From positions 11,172 to 75,171 of the forward strand of contig JARKQN010000078.1 of NCBI GenBank assembly GCA_029974835.1: a stretch of DNA of 64,000 bases. The letters are read 5' to 3'. Positions 35,361 to 45,298 of the stretch are shown here, in pieces; positions within the stretch are counted from its first letter, which is position 1, and each line of letters begins with the position of its first letter. The translations under genes and the position numbers were made by a program. The notes under the pieces are model-generated. The model was not told where the DNA came from, did no database searches, and worked only from the letters and a program-made list of their open reading frames with translations. Source of the stretch: Bacteroidales bacterium (GTDB taxonomy: Bacteria > Bacteroidota > Bacteroidia > Bacteroidales > VadinHA17).

Positions 35361-37081
35361 CGGGAGTATTTCTTACGGCGTAAAATATTAAAGATTATTC
35401 CCGCCATTATAACAATCAGAACCGGTCCGGCAGTATTTGCAACTTTAATCAGTGTTCCGTACCTGCTCAGCTTCTTTTTATCGAGCAGACGCAATTTCAG
35501 CTCCCTGGCACGGAGGTTTATCAGACCCTTGTCGTCAACAAGGTAATTGACGCAGTTTAAGAGGAAATCGCGGTTGCCGTAAACCTGCAGCGTATACCTG
35601 TCCTGGCCGAGTGGCAATGGTATTTCGGTCTTCCCTGAACGGCTCACCTCATTCCTGATGATGTCCCTGTCGGCAATTACGATCATGGCTGTAGGTTTAC
35701 TTTCGGTTTTGTTTTTTTCAGGGTTGTTTTCCGTCAGTCCGGGTATATATCTGTTTGTGAATGCCGATCTGAATTTACCTTCGAGCAGCACGGCGACTGG
35801 GAGATGTTGTCTGTTAAAGAGTTCCATATCAGGCAACCTGTCTATCTCCTTCAGGTTTATTGCTACCGGCGGACTTACCGTTCGGCACTGGTTTCCGGTT
35901 GTAAGCAGAATATGTTTTTTCACGCCGGTGTCTCTTCCCACGGTATCGATGTAATTGACAAATTTTCCTGCCACCCTGTTAACATTTCGTGTTACGGGGT
36001 GGTCGGGTGAAGGGTGAAGCAGCGGATAATAGATCCAGGGAGCAGGCACTACCTGCTGTGCCGCACCTCCCGACACCGCCTTCAAAGGTATAAGCATGCA
36101 ATCAAGGTCCTGCACAACTACGGGATTGATTCTAACCCCGTATTTAAAGAGCATCTCCTCAAGCCCTGTAGGTTTGTAAAGAGCAACCGTTTCGCCGTAG
36201 ACGAGGCTGTCGGCGTTCACTTCCACCTCTTCGCAGAGCCATAACACCCTGCCTCCATTCATGATGTACCGGTCAATAACATAGAGGTCCGGCTCATCGA
36301 TCTTTTCCTTGGGTCCTGCCACAATCACAGCTGCATACTTATCGAGTATGCCGGGCTTCCCCTGCGGATTTCCCCTGTCGACAGTATAAAACTTTGCAAG
36401 ACTCATTATAAAGTCGGCCACTTCAATCTCAGGCACTTCCCCATGACCTTCAATAAATGCAACACGGTAAACGGTATCTGAAACAAGTGTCGAGATGGTT
36501 CTGATAAGTTCATATTCAAGACCCTCGGCCGAATGGAGCAGGTTCTCCTCGGGAGAAAGGGAAGGATTGTTTTTCAGGAAATTAACCGGCACCTCTATGT
36601 TGTTATAGTTTATCAGCATCCCCGGATAAATCATTTTTCTGCTTGATCCGCCATCCTTCTCCCTTATAATGACGTTTACCGGCGACAGACCTTTGGCTAT
36701 AAGCTGTTCCTGTTCTTTCTGTCTGAGAGCGGGATCATCCTGTGAATAGGGATTGATAAACTGGTAATCTACTCTCCTGTTCGATGCAAGGCTGAACTCA
36801 TCCAGCATTTCCCTGACGGATCTTTTAAGTTTTTTAAAAAGTACAGGCATTTCTCCGTCAAGATAGACCTGGATAAAAATATCATCGTGCAGGTTTCGTA
36901 GAATTTCCCTTGTGGGTTTTGAAAGCGAGTACCTGTTGTCTTCTGTCAGATCGAGACGAAATCTTACTACCGATCCGGCTGCAGCGGCCAGAAAGACAAA
37001 AAAGCACACCAGCAGAAACTGCGACCAGCTTCTTAACCTCAGACCTTTACGGTCAGTGTTGTCTAATTTGTTTTCTTCCAT
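35357..37081 (-). CDS. gldG: Gliding-motility-associated ABC transporter substrate-binding/accessory protein GldG
   Basis: 574 aa with N- and C-terminal transmembrane anchors. It immediately follows the gldF-like permease. The segment YSLSKPTREILRNLHDDIFIQVYL is typical of GldG. Confidence 0.75.
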   Translation of the reverse strand: MEENKLDNTDRKGLRLRSWSQFLLVCFFVFLAAAAGSVVRFRLDLTEDNRYSLSKPTREILRNLHDDIFIQVYLDGEMPVLFKKLKRSVREMLDEFSLASNRRVDYQFINPYSQDDPALRQKEQEQLIAKGLSPVNVIIREKDGGSSRKMIYPGMLINYNNIEVPVNFLKNNPSLSPEENLLHSAEGLEYELIRTISTLVSDTVYRVAFIEGHGEVPEIEVADFIMSLAKFYTVDRGNPQGKPGILDKYAAVIVAGPKEKIDEPDLYVIDRYIMNGGRVLWLCEEVEVNADSLVYGETVALYKPTGLEEMLFKYGVRINPVVVQDLDCMLIPLKAVSGGAAQQVVPAPWIYYPLLHPSPDHPVTRNVNRVAGKFVNYIDTVGRDTGVKKHILLTTGNQCRTVSPPVAINLKEIDRLPDMELFNRQHLPVAVLLEGKFRSAFTNRYIPGLTENNPEKNKTESKPTAMIVIADRDIIRNEVSRSGKTEIPLPLGQDRYTLQVYGNRDFLLNCVNYLVDDKGLINLRARELKLRLLDKKKLSRYGTLIKVANTAGPVLIVIMAGIIFNILRRKKYSR

Positions 37082-37806
37082 TTTCCCGAGAGTAATGAAA
37101 GTCTGGTTGCCTCTGTAAAAATAAATGCAATGCCGGTGAAGTATATCAGGTCGCGGGAGTCAACCACTCCCCTGCTCACCGATTTATAGTGTTCGTTGAT
37201 GCCCAGCATCGAAATGATCTCATTTATTTTCCCCGAACCCGGCAGCAGGGCAGCGTAGTCAAATCCTGCATAAAGAAAAAAACATAAAAAAACGGCGGTG
37301 ACGAATGCAACAACCTGGTTGGATGTAAGCGATGAGGTAAACATTCCGGCGGCGGCATAAACTGAAGCCAGGAGAAAGAGTCCGATAAATGATCCGGCGG
37401 TGGCGGCATTGTCAATGTTCCCCGGAGGGTCACCGGTAAAAAAGACGGTGAGGTAATAGACAATACCCGGCAGAAGAGCCACGAAAACAAGAAAAAGCGA
37501 TGCCAGGAACTTACCGTAAACGACCGACCGTTCGGTGAGAGGTTTTGAAAAAAGAAGTTCTATCGTGCCCAGCCTCTTTTCCTCCGAAATCATTCTCATC
37601 GTTATGGCAGGTACAAGGAAAAGAAAAATCCATGGAGAGAGAAAGAAAAGGGTGTCCAGGTTTGCATATCCGGTTTCGGGAATGTTCCATTCACCCGGCA
37701 ATATCCACATAAACAGGCTGTTAACAGTTATGAACACTATGATCACAACGTAGCCTGTTATATTACTGAAGAAACCGTTTATCTCCTTTTTAAAAATTGC
37801 GAACAT
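37063..37806 (-). CDS. gldF: Gliding-motility-associated ABC transporter permease GldF
   Basis: I prefer the start MFAIFKKEINGFFSNITGY (Met12 of the tracked ORF). ABC-2-type polytopic permease. No adjacent gldA ATPase gene is present. Confidence 0.75.
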   Translation of the reverse strand: MFAIFKKEINGFFSNITGYVVIIVFITVNSLFMWILPGEWNIPETGYANLDTLFFLSPWIFLFLVPAITMRMISEEKRLGTIELLFSKPLTERSVVYGKFLASLFLVFVALLPGIVYYLTVFFTGDPPGNIDNAATAGSFIGLFLLASVYAAAGMFTSSLTSNQVVAFVTAVFLCFFLYAGFDYAALLPGSGKINEIISMLGINEHYKSVSRGVVDSRDLIYFTGIAFIFTEATRLSLLSGKWKKTN

Positions 37807-37855
37807 GGGTCTCTTTGATTGGATAGCAAAAATAATCAATTAGGCGGAAGAGCAT

Positions 37856-39061
37856 TCATTTTTTTACTTCCGGAGGTCTCCTTGCATATCTGCTGTCTGT
37901 TATAACGACGCCCTTGTAATAAAACCTTATTATGTCTTCGTATCTGTATCCTTTCAGCGCCATTGCCAATGCTCCCTCCTGGCAGAGCCCGACTCCGTGT
38001 CCGTACCCTCTGCCGCGGAGTACAAGCGAATCGCCGTCGGCAGAAACAGAAAACCAGGATGAACGAAGTCCGAGCGTTGTTCTGAGGAGGTTAAACGGCA
38101 CACTGAAAGAGCCTGCCGTATAATTCATTACTCGTGCGGGCTGACTGAATACAAAGGGTGCCGGCTTGTTAACATGGCCTTCGTATCCGTATGTTTTAAG
38201 GGCCCCGGTCCATTCTTCCACACTTAGTTTCTTTTCCCAGACTGCATTACGCGAAGATGTACAAAAAGTATCAGTAACTTTTGAGAGATAAGGCAGTGAT
38301 GTCAGCCAGACGAATTCAGACGGAGATGTTTCTCCACCGCAATTTGAATGGAATGCGGAAATTATCAGGATGCTGTCGGGGGTTGTGATTACCTTGTCTG
38401 ATGTGGATCTTACTGCATTGATAATCATTGTGTCGCCGGTGATGCCGTTGTACACCTGGCAGTGTGTGCCGTCGCACAAATTGTACCCGTCGCTCAGATG
38501 CTTGCTGAAATATCTTTCGGTGTAAGTCCTTGTTATCAGGGCCAGAGTCCTGGCATATTCCGGATGTTTACCCGGACCACCTTCGGCCCTGACAACCCCG
38601 GCAATATAATCTTCCGTTTTACATTCGTTTATCAGCAGCAAGCCGTTAAGATCATGGTAAGCTGAAAGAGATCCCGTATAGGTTTTTCTTTCATCCTTTT
38701 CTCCCGGAGCAGTAATAGTGAACCTGCAGGCTGCAGAGGTTGAAGAAAAAATTACCGAGTCGGCCACAAGAGCCTTATGGTCCCCGACCTTGCACGCCAG
38801 CCTGTTTCCGAAAAGTGTTATTGCTACACTTTTTCCTTCTTCCACCTCAGCGCCGAAACCGGGGAAAACCTTAATTATAAATTTTCCCGTGGCAGCTTTC
38901 AGAATGACTGTTTCATTTTTCTGTTCAGTCCTGAGCCGGATTTTTATTTTACCATCATCCTGCCCGGCAGCAGTACCGCACAATGGCAGGTTAGTATTTA
39001 AAGTACAGAATGTCAAAAGAATAAGAACAAGGCCCTTATTAGACATTTTTTCCGAGTTCAT
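37856..39061 (-). CDS. SpoIID/LytB domain protein (peptidoglycan-remodelling)
   Basis: Signal peptide. Carries FHSNCGGETS and GHGVGLCQEGA, both typical of the SpoIID domain. Confidence 0.8.
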   Translation of the reverse strand: MNSEKMSNKGLVLILLTFCTLNTNLPLCGTAAGQDDGKIKIRLRTEQKNETVILKAATGKFIIKVFPGFGAEVEEGKSVAITLFGNRLACKVGDHKALVADSVIFSSTSAACRFTITAPGEKDERKTYTGSLSAYHDLNGLLLINECKTEDYIAGVVRAEGGPGKHPEYARTLALITRTYTERYFSKHLSDGYNLCDGTHCQVYNGITGDTMIINAVRSTSDKVITTPDSILIISAFHSNCGGETSPSEFVWLTSLPYLSKVTDTFCTSSRNAVWEKKLSVEEWTGALKTYGYEGHVNKPAPFVFSQPARVMNYTAGSFSVPFNLLRTTLGLRSSWFSVSADGDSLVLRGRGYGHGVGLCQEGALAMALKGYRYEDIIRFYYKGVVITDSRYARRPPEVKK

Positions 39062-40181
39062 TAATGAATGTAACCATCTCTGATGCTATTCTGGAAGAAG
39101 CCCCGGCCGGGCCGAGAATATTTTTTATTTCTTCATAGTCTTTCAGAAGCCTTTCCCTGTCGCTGCCACCGGGCATTATTTTCTCAAGTGAGGCAGCCAG
39201 GTTTTCCCTGGTAAGAAGGTGCTGGATAAGTTCCGTTACCGCTTCACGGCCGAGAATTAGGTTGACGAGAGAGATGTACTTTACCTTCACCAGGCGGCGC
39301 GCAATGAAAAAAGAGACCGGATCGCCCTTGTAACAGACTACCTGAGGGACGCCGAGAAGGGCTGCCTCAAGAGTCGAAGTGCCGGATTTCACAAGGGCGG
39401 CTTCTGACGCCGAAAGGATCTCATATGTTCTGCCATATACTGTCTTTACCGGAAGATTTCCCGTATGTTTATCGTAAACCGAGAGTGGAATATTCTGTGC
39501 AGCCGTTATAATAAAAGTATGCTCCGGGAACAGAGGAACAATTTTCAGCATCTCCGGCAGGATATGGTTCACTTCATGAATCCGGCTTCCCGGCACAAGT
39601 GCAATAGTGCGCTTAAAAGCATCTGCCGTTATTGATGAGGATGATTCTTCCTTTCCGTAAACCGGGGAATTTCTGAAGTTTTCTATTTCGTCGGTCAGCG
39701 GGTTTCCGTAATACTTCACCTCAATGCCGTGTTTCCGGTAAAACTCCTCCTCGAACGGGAAGATAATGTACATTCTGTTTACATACTTTTTAATAATCTT
39801 CACCCTCGATTCATTCCATGCCCAAAGTTTGGGGGAGATATAATAAAGTACATTTAGTCCGGTGGTTCTGGCGTACCGTGCTATCCTGAGATTGAATCCG
39901 GGATAATCGATCAGTATTACTGCGTCAGGTCTGAGGCCCGCGATCTGCCTTTTACAGAGTTTTAAATTTCTGACAACGGAAGGCAGATGCAGGAGAACGG
40001 TCAGGAAACCCATAAATGCATTTTGCCTGTAATGCATCAGCAGCTTTGCCCCGGCTTTTTCCATCAGGTCGCCTCCCCAGCAGAAAATCTCGGCTCCGGG
40101 GTCGGCAGCAAATATGCCCTTCACAAGGTTTGAACCGTGAAGGTCGCCCGATGCCTCACCTGCAATAATGAAATATCTCAT
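39039..40181 (-). CDS. lpxB: Lipid-A-disaccharide synthase
   Basis: I prefer the start MRYFIIAGEASGDLHGSNL (Met8 of the tracked ORF), which matches the canonical LpxB N-terminus. Confidence 0.9.
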   Translation of the reverse strand: MRYFIIAGEASGDLHGSNLVKGIFAADPGAEIFCWGGDLMEKAGAKLLMHYRQNAFMGFLTVLLHLPSVVRNLKLCKRQIAGLRPDAVILIDYPGFNLRIARYARTTGLNVLYYISPKLWAWNESRVKIIKKYVNRMYIIFPFEEEFYRKHGIEVKYYGNPLTDEIENFRNSPVYGKEESSSSITADAFKRTIALVPGSRIHEVNHILPEMLKIVPLFPEHTFIITAAQNIPLSVYDKHTGNLPVKTVYGRTYEILSASEAALVKSGTSTLEAALLGVPQVVCYKGDPVSFFIARRLVKVKYISLVNLILGREAVTELIQHLLTRENLAASLEKIMPGGSDRERLLKDYEEIKNILGPAGASSRIASEMVTFINELGKNV

Positions 40182-40182
40182 A

Positions 40183-40473
40183 TCAGAAAATACGTTCAAC
40201 AAGTATTACCAGCACCCAGAAAAAGGTTGCTGCAAGGAGTCCTTTGGCACCCCTGAGCATGTCGAGCCGGTTGAAAATAAAGAAAAGGATGACCACAGGG
40301 ATGACGCAAAGACTTACAACCCTGGTAACCTTCCCGGAAGATACTATATCGGTAATGTACTGAAAGAACGGCACTCCTCCGGAGGTAACGAGGTAAAGAA
40401 CCGCGAGAGTGGCTGCAGGAAGCACGATGCCCAGGACAAAACCTGATACTGTATTGTCAATTTTTGATTTCAT
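40183..40473 (-). CDS. Small integral membrane protein, hypothetical
   Basis: 96 aa with about three hydrophobic helices. It is packed tightly between surE and lpxB. Confidence 0.55.
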   Translation of the reverse strand: MKSKIDNTVSGFVLGIVLPAATLAVLYLVTSGGVPFFQYITDIVSSGKVTRVVSLCVIPVVILFFIFNRLDMLRGAKGLLAATFFWVLVILVERIF

Positions 40474-40475
40474 TA

Positions 40476-41258
40476 TTACTGTTCAAACCATGTTTTTAAA
40501 GCCTGCAGTGTCTTATATGCCGTCAGGTCGGTGGTTACGGGCACAATTGATACATAATTATTTGCAAGGGCCCATTCATCGGTATCCTGAGCATCGGGCT
40601 CATGATTACGGAAATAGCCAGTGAGCCAGTAATATGTCTTCCCCATGGGGTCCTTCCTTTTTTCAAATTCCTCCTTCCAGTTTCCGCGGGCCTGCCGGCA
40701 TATTCTGATACCTTTTATTTGTTCACCCGCGACGGAAGGTATATTAACGTTCAGGCAAACACCTGCAGGCAGCTTCCTGATTGTGAGAATGTTGAGCACT
40801 TTCCTTATATAATCCCGGCAGACTGAGAAATCTGCTTTCGGAGAGAAATCGTTCAGAGAGAAGCCGGCCGACTGTATTCCGTAAAGGCATCCCTCAAGTG
40901 CAGCAGCCATTGTGCCTGAATAAAGTATGCTGACTGATGCATTTGACCCATGGTTAATGCCGGACAGAAGCCAGTCGGGTTCTCTTTCAAGCAGCTGGTT
41001 TATTGCAAGCTTAACGCTGTCGGTTGGAGTTCCGTTGCAGGTGTAAATCCTGTGTTTATCATTCTCTTCGAGCAGTTTAACCCTGATCGGATTTTTTACG
41101 GTCAGTGCCTGCGACATGCCCGACATGCTCTCAAGTGTGGAAATCAGTACAACCTTCCCGAACTCCTCTGCCACTTCAAGCAGCGTTTTCAGTCCTGCAG
41201 CATAAAGACCATCATCGTTTGTAATCAGTATAAGCCTGTCACCGGTTTCGACTGTCAT
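40476..41258 (-). CDS. surE: 5'/3'-nucleotidase SurE
   Basis: ILITNDDGLYAAGLKTL is the SurE signature. The start is uncertain: I prefer Met19 (MTVETGDR), while the tracked ORF extends to 41312. Confidence 0.88.
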   Translation of the reverse strand: MTVETGDRLILITNDDGLYAAGLKTLLEVAEEFGKVVLISTLESMSGMSQALTVKNPIRVKLLEENDKHRIYTCNGTPTDSVKLAINQLLEREPDWLLSGINHGSNASVSILYSGTMAAALEGCLYGIQSAGFSLNDFSPKADFSVCRDYIRKVLNILTIRKLPAGVCLNVNIPSVAGEQIKGIRICRQARGNWKEEFEKRKDPMGKTYYWLTGYFRNHEPDAQDTDEWALANNYVSIVPVTTDLTAYKTLQALKTWFEQ

Positions 41259-41378
41259 AATAAAAAATAATCTCATGCAAATATATGCAAATGGCGACGA
41301 TTGAATTATCATCTTGTCAAACCTTCTGCTTTTTTTTAATTTTCTTACTTTTGCAGATTCAGTAACATTTTTTGACGA

Positions 41379-43832
41379 ATGAAAATATCGTATAACTGGC
41401 TCAGGGATTATTTGCCTCTAAATACAGACCCTCACGAACTTGCAGAGATTCTTACGGATATCGGCCACGAGATAGAAGATTTTGAGGAATGGTGGCCCGT
41501 GGAAGGAGGCATGAAGGGAATTGTAATCGGCAAGGTCCTCGAATCTCACAAACACCCCTCAGCCGATAAATTAACCGTCAATCTTGTTGAGGCAGGCCAG
41601 GGCAAGCCGCTAACCATTGTATGCGGGGCACCAAATGTGGCAGCCGGGCAGATTGTTCCAGTTGCGCTTCCCGGCTCTGTGGTGAGCAAGGGTAAAGAAA
41701 AGATTGAAATAAAAACAACCACAATCAGGGGACAGGTGTCGGAAGGCATGATATGCGCCGAAGACGAAATTGGGATGGGAAATTCACATGAAGGCATTAT
41801 GGTTCTTGACAGGCCGGCGGAACCCGGAACCCCGGCCGCCGGTTATTTCGGCATTGAAAAAGATTACGTCTATACCGTGGGATTCACACCAAACAGGATC
41901 GACAGCGCCTCTCATTTCGGCATTGCCAGGGAACTTGCAGCCTACATGTCTGTAAACAGGGGCATTGAGCTTTCACCTGTTCTGCCCGGTTTAGAAAACT
42001 TCGGCGCCGGAACTTCTGAAGAAACATTTGAGGTTATTATTGAAAATCAGGAGTTGTGCCCGAGGTATACAGGTGTTAACATTTATAATGTAAAGGTAGC
42101 CGAATCTCCTCTCTGGCTTCAGAACAGGCTGAAGGCAATCGGTCTCGGCCCTGTCAATAACGTGGTCGACATCACCAATTACGTACAGCATGAAATAGGT
42201 CAACCGCTGCATGCCTTTGATGCCGATATGATCAAAGGCAGGAAGGTGATAATAAGAAACCTGCCGGATAAGACAAGGTTCATTACGCTCGACGGCGTTG
42301 AACGGGAGCTTTCAGGGAAAGACCTTATGATTTGCAATACCGAAGAGGGAATGTGCATCGCCGGCGTTTTCGGAGGGTTAAAATCGGGAGTGACTGAGAA
42401 AACAGTCAACGTCTTCCTTGAAAGCGCATATTTCAATCCTGTATCGATAAGGAAAACAGCCAAAAGACACCAGCTGAATACGGACGCTTCATACAGGTTC
42501 GAAAGAGGTGCCGACCCTGAAATCACAGACTGGGCTCTCAAAAGGGCGGCCCTGTTGATAAAAGAGATCGCAGGCGGAAAAATCGCATCAGGAATAAGAG
42601 ATATCTATCCCCGGAAAATAAACCGTATCATCCTCCCTGTTTCGTGTGAAAGAATCAACAGGCTCATCGGAAAGGAGATACCCGTTGAAGATATCAGGAA
42701 GATACTTACACGGCTGGGAATAAATATTCTTTCGGAGAATCTGCCTGAGATGCAGGTCGAAATCCCTCCGAGAAAAACAGACATGCAGAACGAAGCAGAC
42801 GTCACAGAGGAGATACTTCGTATTTACGGTTACAACCGTATAGAAACGGGAACACATATCAATTCATCCCTGACATTCAGCGTCAAACCCGACAGAAACC
42901 GGATGATAAATGTTATCTCCGAAATGCTTTCATCAAACGGTTTTAACGAGATAATGTGCAACTCGCTTGTACCCTCTGCATGGTTTGATGATAATCCCGA
43001 TTTTGATAAAAACACACTCGTCAGGCTCGCAAATCCCCTCAGCTCAGATCTCAATGCAATGAGGCAGTCGTTGCTTCCCGGCGGGTTGTCGGTGATTGCA
43101 AGAAACATAAACCATCAGAATTACAATTTAAAACTGTACGAATTCGGAAACTGTTATTTTTACGGCAATCCCTCAGCTCCAAGGCCGGTCGACAGGTACT
43201 CTGAAAAAATGAGCCTCGACCTTTTCCTGACAGGCAACAGGCACAAGCAGTCGTGGAATGAAAAGAGCACACATGGAGATTTCTTCTATCTGAAATCATT
43301 TATAGAGATGATCTTCCGCAGGATGGGTCTGGAACCGGAATCGCTTAACCTTTACGAAAGCGGCAAAGCCTGTTTTTCTGATTCCCTTGTTTATCTTAAG
43401 AACAACAAGGTAGTGGCTGAAGCCGGCAGAATCAGTCAGGCGTATCGTCTTAAATTTGACATAGAACAGGAGGTCTATTACGGCCATATAGAATGGGATT
43501 ACCTCTTTAACCTGACTGCTGACCATGCAGTCTCATACAGGGAACTCCCAAAATTCCCGTGGGTCAGAAGAGACCTCGCACTTCTTGTCGACAGGGAGGT
43601 CAGATTCAGCCAGATACGGGAAATTGCATCGAAGACCAATAAACACATCATCAGGGAGGTTGGTTTGTTTGATGTTTATGAGAGCGAGTCGCTAGGTCAT
43701 AACAGAAAATCCTATGCTGTAAGTTTCATCCTGCAGGATCAGCAGCGCACTCTTACCGAAAAGCAGATCGATAAAATAATGAGCGACCTGATAAAAGAGC
43801 TGAACACAAAACTGGGAGCTGTACTGAGATAA
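41379..43832 (+). CDS. pheT: Phenylalanine--tRNA ligase beta subunit
   Basis: 817 aa. N-terminal MKISYNWLRDYL, a tRNA-binding domain (HPSADKLTVNLVEAG), B3/4 and B5 regions, and a C-terminal FDX-ACB-like end. Confidence 0.93.
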   Translation: MKISYNWLRDYLPLNTDPHELAEILTDIGHEIEDFEEWWPVEGGMKGIVIGKVLESHKHPSADKLTVNLVEAGQGKPLTIVCGAPNVAAGQIVPVALPGSVVSKGKEKIEIKTTTIRGQVSEGMICAEDEIGMGNSHEGIMVLDRPAEPGTPAAGYFGIEKDYVYTVGFTPNRIDSASHFGIARELAAYMSVNRGIELSPVLPGLENFGAGTSEETFEVIIENQELCPRYTGVNIYNVKVAESPLWLQNRLKAIGLGPVNNVVDITNYVQHEIGQPLHAFDADMIKGRKVIIRNLPDKTRFITLDGVERELSGKDLMICNTEEGMCIAGVFGGLKSGVTEKTVNVFLESAYFNPVSIRKTAKRHQLNTDASYRFERGADPEITDWALKRAALLIKEIAGGKIASGIRDIYPRKINRIILPVSCERINRLIGKEIPVEDIRKILTRLGINILSENLPEMQVEIPPRKTDMQNEADVTEEILRIYGYNRIETGTHINSSLTFSVKPDRNRMINVISEMLSSNGFNEIMCNSLVPSAWFDDNPDFDKNTLVRLANPLSSDLNAMRQSLLPGGLSVIARNINHQNYNLKLYEFGNCYFYGNPSAPRPVDRYSEKMSLDLFLTGNRHKQSWNEKSTHGDFFYLKSFIEMIFRRMGLEPESLNLYESGKACFSDSLVYLKNNKVVAEAGRISQAYRLKFDIEQEVYYGHIEWDYLFNLTADHAVSYRELPKFPWVRRDLALLVDREVRFSQIREIASKTNKHIIREVGLFDVYESESLGHNRKSYAVSFILQDQQRTLTEKQIDKIMSDLIKELNTKLGAVLR

Positions 43833-43841
43833 ATTCACACC

Positions 43842-44357
43842 ATGCCTGAGAACCGGATAGATATTATTAAAGGTGATATCACTAAAATTGAGGCTGATGC
43901 CATTGTCAACGCGGCCAACAATTCGCTGCTGGGAGGAGGTGGTGTTGACGGGGCCATTCACAGGGCAGCGGGGCCCGGACTTCTGGAAGAGTGCAGACAG
44001 TTGAACGGATGTGAAACGGGAAAGGCTAAACTTACATCAGGACACAACCTGAACGTTAAATACATAATCCATACCGTAGGCCCCGTATGGAGAGGCGGCA
44101 TCTTCGACGAGACGGAACTGCTGGCTTCCTGTTACACTGAATCGCTTGAGCTGGCACGCCGGAAAAAGATTGATACAATTGCTTTCCCCGGTATCTCAAC
44201 AGGCGTTTACGGCTTTCCGAAAGATCTTGCCGCGGTGATTGCCATAAATGAGACAAGAAGATTCCTTACCGGTAACAGGTACCCCAGGAAAGTGATCTTT
44301 GTAGCCTTCGATGATGAAACTTTTGCATTGTATCAGAAGTACCTGAACGAAAAATGA
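43842..44357 (+). CDS. Macro-domain protein (O-acetyl-ADP-ribose deacetylase, YmdB-like)
   Basis: [34 protein letters not shown]. Confidence 0.88.
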   Translation: MPENRIDIIKGDITKIEADAIVNAANNSLLGGGGVDGAIHRAAGPGLLEECRQLNGCETGKAKLTSGHNLNVKYIIHTVGPVWRGGIFDETELLASCYTESLELARRKKIDTIAFPGISTGVYGFPKDLAAVIAINETRRFLTGNRYPRKVIFVAFDDETFALYQKYLNEK

Positions 44358-45223
44358 GCAGACTCACCGCAACTCTCAGGAACTATCTGTCATTTATTAA
44401 ATTCAGCCATACTGTTTTTGCCCTGCCCTTTGCCGTAACAGGATACTTTCTTGCCGTATCCCGCCCGGGTTACGGCTTCAGTCTGCGCATCCTTATACTG
44501 GTAATTCTTTGTATGGTTTTCGCGCGCAATGCGGCAATGGCATTTAACCGGTATGCCGATATAAGTTTTGATGCAGCGAACCCCCGGACCGCTTCCAGGG
44601 AACTGCCGTCGGGTAAAATAAGCAAACGTTCAGCCCTGCTTTTCGTGATTGCCAACTCTGTGTTTTTTGTAATCTCGGCCGGTCTGATCAACAATCTCAC
44701 CCTTGCATTGTCGCCGGTTGCTCTTTTGATAATTCTTGGCTACAGCTTTACAAAAAGATTTACAGTGCTTTGTCATTTTATTCTGGGTCTGGGACTTAGC
44801 CTTGCCCCTTCAGGTGCCTATATTGCGGTTACAGGCCATTTCAGCGCATTGCCGGTGATTTATTCATTTATCGTACTTACATGGGTGAGCGGATTTGACA
44901 TAATTTATGCAATTCAGGATGACAGCTTTGACCGCGAAGCGAATCTTTTCTCACTGCCTTCAAAGAGAGGCAGGAAGAAGTCGCTGATAATATCCGCTGC
45001 TGCCCACACCCTGACCGTTATTCTTGTTGTTGCTGCAGGAGTGGCAGGCAAGGGCGGCATTCTGTACTGGACCGGCGCCCTGATCTTTACTGCCATGCTT
45101 GTGTATCAGCACATCATTGTGACACCTTCCGATACCAGCAGGATAAATTTGGCGTTTGCAACAGTTAACGGCGTGGCAAGCATAATTTATTCCGTTTTCG
45201 TAATTGCCGATCTTCTGTCCTGA
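44354..45223 (+). CDS. UbiA-family aromatic prenyltransferase (possibly the futalosine-pathway MqnP type)
   Basis: Polytopic membrane protein. Asp-rich motifs NRYADISFD and IQDDSFD. The MqnP assignment is an inference from the presence of mqnA. Confidence 0.7.
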   Translation: MSRLTATLRNYLSFIKFSHTVFALPFAVTGYFLAVSRPGYGFSLRILILVILCMVFARNAAMAFNRYADISFDAANPRTASRELPSGKISKRSALLFVIANSVFFVISAGLINNLTLALSPVALLIILGYSFTKRFTVLCHFILGLGLSLAPSGAYIAVTGHFSALPVIYSFIVLTWVSGFDIIYAIQDDSFDREANLFSLPSKRGRKKSLIISAAAHTLTVILVVAAGVAGKGGILYWTGALIFTAMLVYQHIIVTPSDTSRINLAFATVNGVASIIYSVFVIADLLS

Positions 45224-45298
45224 AAAAATAAAAGCTCGCATATTATGCGATTCTTACGTTTTTTTTATAACTTGCCCCGTTTAAAAAATTAAAATCCC

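Noticed and set aside
34968-35546. 192-aa plus-strand ORF.
   Set aside because: It is antisense across the DUF4340-like/gldG junction. It has no motifs and a low-complexity, basic composition.
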